Source of the DNA: Glycera tridactyla
Lineage: Eukaryota
Direction of reading: 5' to 3'
NCBI GenBank assembly: GCA_965644265.1
Contig: OZ286462.1
Coordinates: 63,488,001-63,552,000, forward strand
Length of the DNA stretch: 64,000 nt
Below the pieces are notes generated by a model that ran no database searches, was not told where the DNA came from, and worked only from the letters and a program-made list of their open reading frames with translations. Positions 62,246 to 64,000 of the stretch are shown here, piece after piece. Made by a program: the position numbers and the translations under genes. Numbering within the stretch: position 1 is the stretch's first letter; each line of letters opens with the position of its first letter.

Positions 62246-64000
62246 GCCACATCACTTGCGCTTCATGGGTCAAACCTGGGTGAATGGGTCGACAAGGAGC
62301 TGATATTGCGCTCAAGTGATTTGATGCGACGTCCATCACAGTATAACTATATACCGAAAAAAGTAAAGTGCCCCATCTCCAGGCGAAGAAGATGATGGTA
62401 TCCGGAGAAAAAGGATGAGTTTTTGTTCGGTAGTGTGGGCAGTGGGTGTACTATATCAAGACGAGAGAGTATATTATGCTATCCGAGACGCGATTATGAC
62501 GAGGAGGCCTTGATAGCTAAGCACCTTAGCAATAGGACACAATAGCTCTCCCTGTAGTAGGCCATTCAGCATGTCTACATCGCGGCAGCACTCGCTATAT
62601 GAATCAGCTCTAATCTCCGGCATCGGCAGACCCAATAGGAAAGCTGTATATAGTATCCCATAAACTGTATGATTCTAAGCCCAGCTTGCTGTTAGCCTAT
62701 AAACCCATTAATGACTTGCCCATCTGAATGATTGGCCAGTAATGGTGCTCGTTAACCTCAGCTTCATTAAATTTCAATGGAGTATTGATGGTGTATGATA
62801 TACTCTTATTAGATATCAACTACTTGCTATTCTACATAGCGCTACAGTCAAACATGTACTAACCATGCAGCCAATGGGGATTTATGAAATGATCTGCTTA
62901 GAGCTTAGTTCATGCTTGCAACATGCCAATCAAAGTGGGGATATACTCAGGTTAGATGAGCAGAAACCTGCTGCTGACTATGGATTTCGAACTAGCTATC
63001 TCAGGACTCACCAACCACAGCACACCATGATATCATGAAAGGTCACAAAAATACTGCGTCATCATCTATTCCAACCTAGATCCTTAAGTAAACATAATAT
63101 GCCATTATCATCTAAGCAACTAAACCCAATATGCAAATCCCCAGATCTCACATCGTCACTTTATATTATCCAGGATATTGAATATCTTGGAAAGTATACA
63201 ATATATCTCTTGATGATGTAAAACACATATATCCATAATATGTAACATATGTAACCGCATGATGAGGGGAGATATGTAGGAGTTCTCAATGAGTTCTCAC
63301 TGGTTGGTGAAACTTTTCAAGACCTTCAACCGAATCGAAGTAGCTGACGGTTTGGATACCCTTCAACATGTTGTGTTGTAGTTTGGGTAGGTGGACCCCT
63401 CGCAAATATCAATGAATACTTGATAGAACTGTGAACGAATCTCGAATCGAAGGTTAGGAATACCCGACTCCTCCCAGTAATGTAAGATAACGACACAGGA
63501 TAAAGTAGTTCTTGTCTTGCTCAACGCTTGGGGCTGGATACAATATTCATGAATACACGCTTTTATTGTGATACGGCTATATTTGATGAACGAGACACTC
63601 GCAGCATAGTGCAAGATGCCTGATTGATTATCGAATTGTCCAAGTGCAGGAANNNNNNNNNNNNNNNNNNNNNNNNNNNNNNNNNNNNNNNNNNNNNNNN
63701 NNNNNNNNNNNNNNNNNNNNNNNNNNNNNNNNNNNNNNNNNNNNNNNNNNNNNNNNNNNNNNNNNNNNNNNNNNNNNNNNNNNNNNNNNNNNNNNNNNNN
63801 NNNNNNNNNNNNNNNNNNNNNNNNNNNNNNNNNNNNNNNNNNNNNCAGGGAGAGACAGTCAGCGAAAAACAGTTCAAGGCAGCGAGACAGAGAGGTTAAT
63901 ATTTTATCATTGATTCTCTCGCTCACACAATCTGCTCGATGTTTCTCTAGCGGGCAAAAAAATCATATTTATATTATCCCACACATCCCATATGTCTTCT

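Larger units (their letters stand above)
18961..63845. other. Six assembly gaps (N runs): 18961-19155, 23973-24105, 27094-27238, 43922-44160, 55136-55508, 63653-63845
   Basis: N runs in the sequence; the span given is first to last gap. Confidence 1.

Noticed and set aside
1725-62395. ORFs made of HT/CV, poly-G/P, RE/SL, poly-I, poly-T/V/S, or spanning N runs
   Set aside because: Translations of microsatellites or assembly gaps.

Overview
Repeat-dense eukaryotic (metazoan, probably invertebrate) DNA with six assembly gaps and no host gene I can support. The main feature is an apparently intact, young 7,490-bp tyrosine-recombinase (YR) retrotransposon at 27863-35352 (+). It has the Ngaro-type split direct repeat layout A1-[ORFs]-B1-A2-(27-bp spacer)-B2, with A = 239 bp and B = 667 bp and one mismatch seen by eye in each pair. 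It carries uninterrupted gag (CCCH + CCHC fingers), RT/RNase H (no methyltransferase domain) and YR ORFs. Unusually, a complete SGNH/GDSL hydrolase ORF sits at the 5' end, before gag, in a CpG-rich module that also holds a 126-codon antisense ORF. A 35 x 45-bp tandem array starts 35 bp after the element's 3' end. Elsewhere: a decayed 5'-truncated RTE-X-like LINE with a structured 3' UTR (38637-41191), an older fragment of the same type (~61 kb), two heavily decayed YR retrotransposon relics (~5.8-8.0 kb and ~12.3-13.9 kb, minus strand), L2/CR1/Penelope-like relics, a Nin/Deu-domain SINE fragment, 19-, 39- and 398-bp tandem repeats and many microsatellites. Calls on decayed elements rest on by-eye translation through stops and frameshifts and are tentative.
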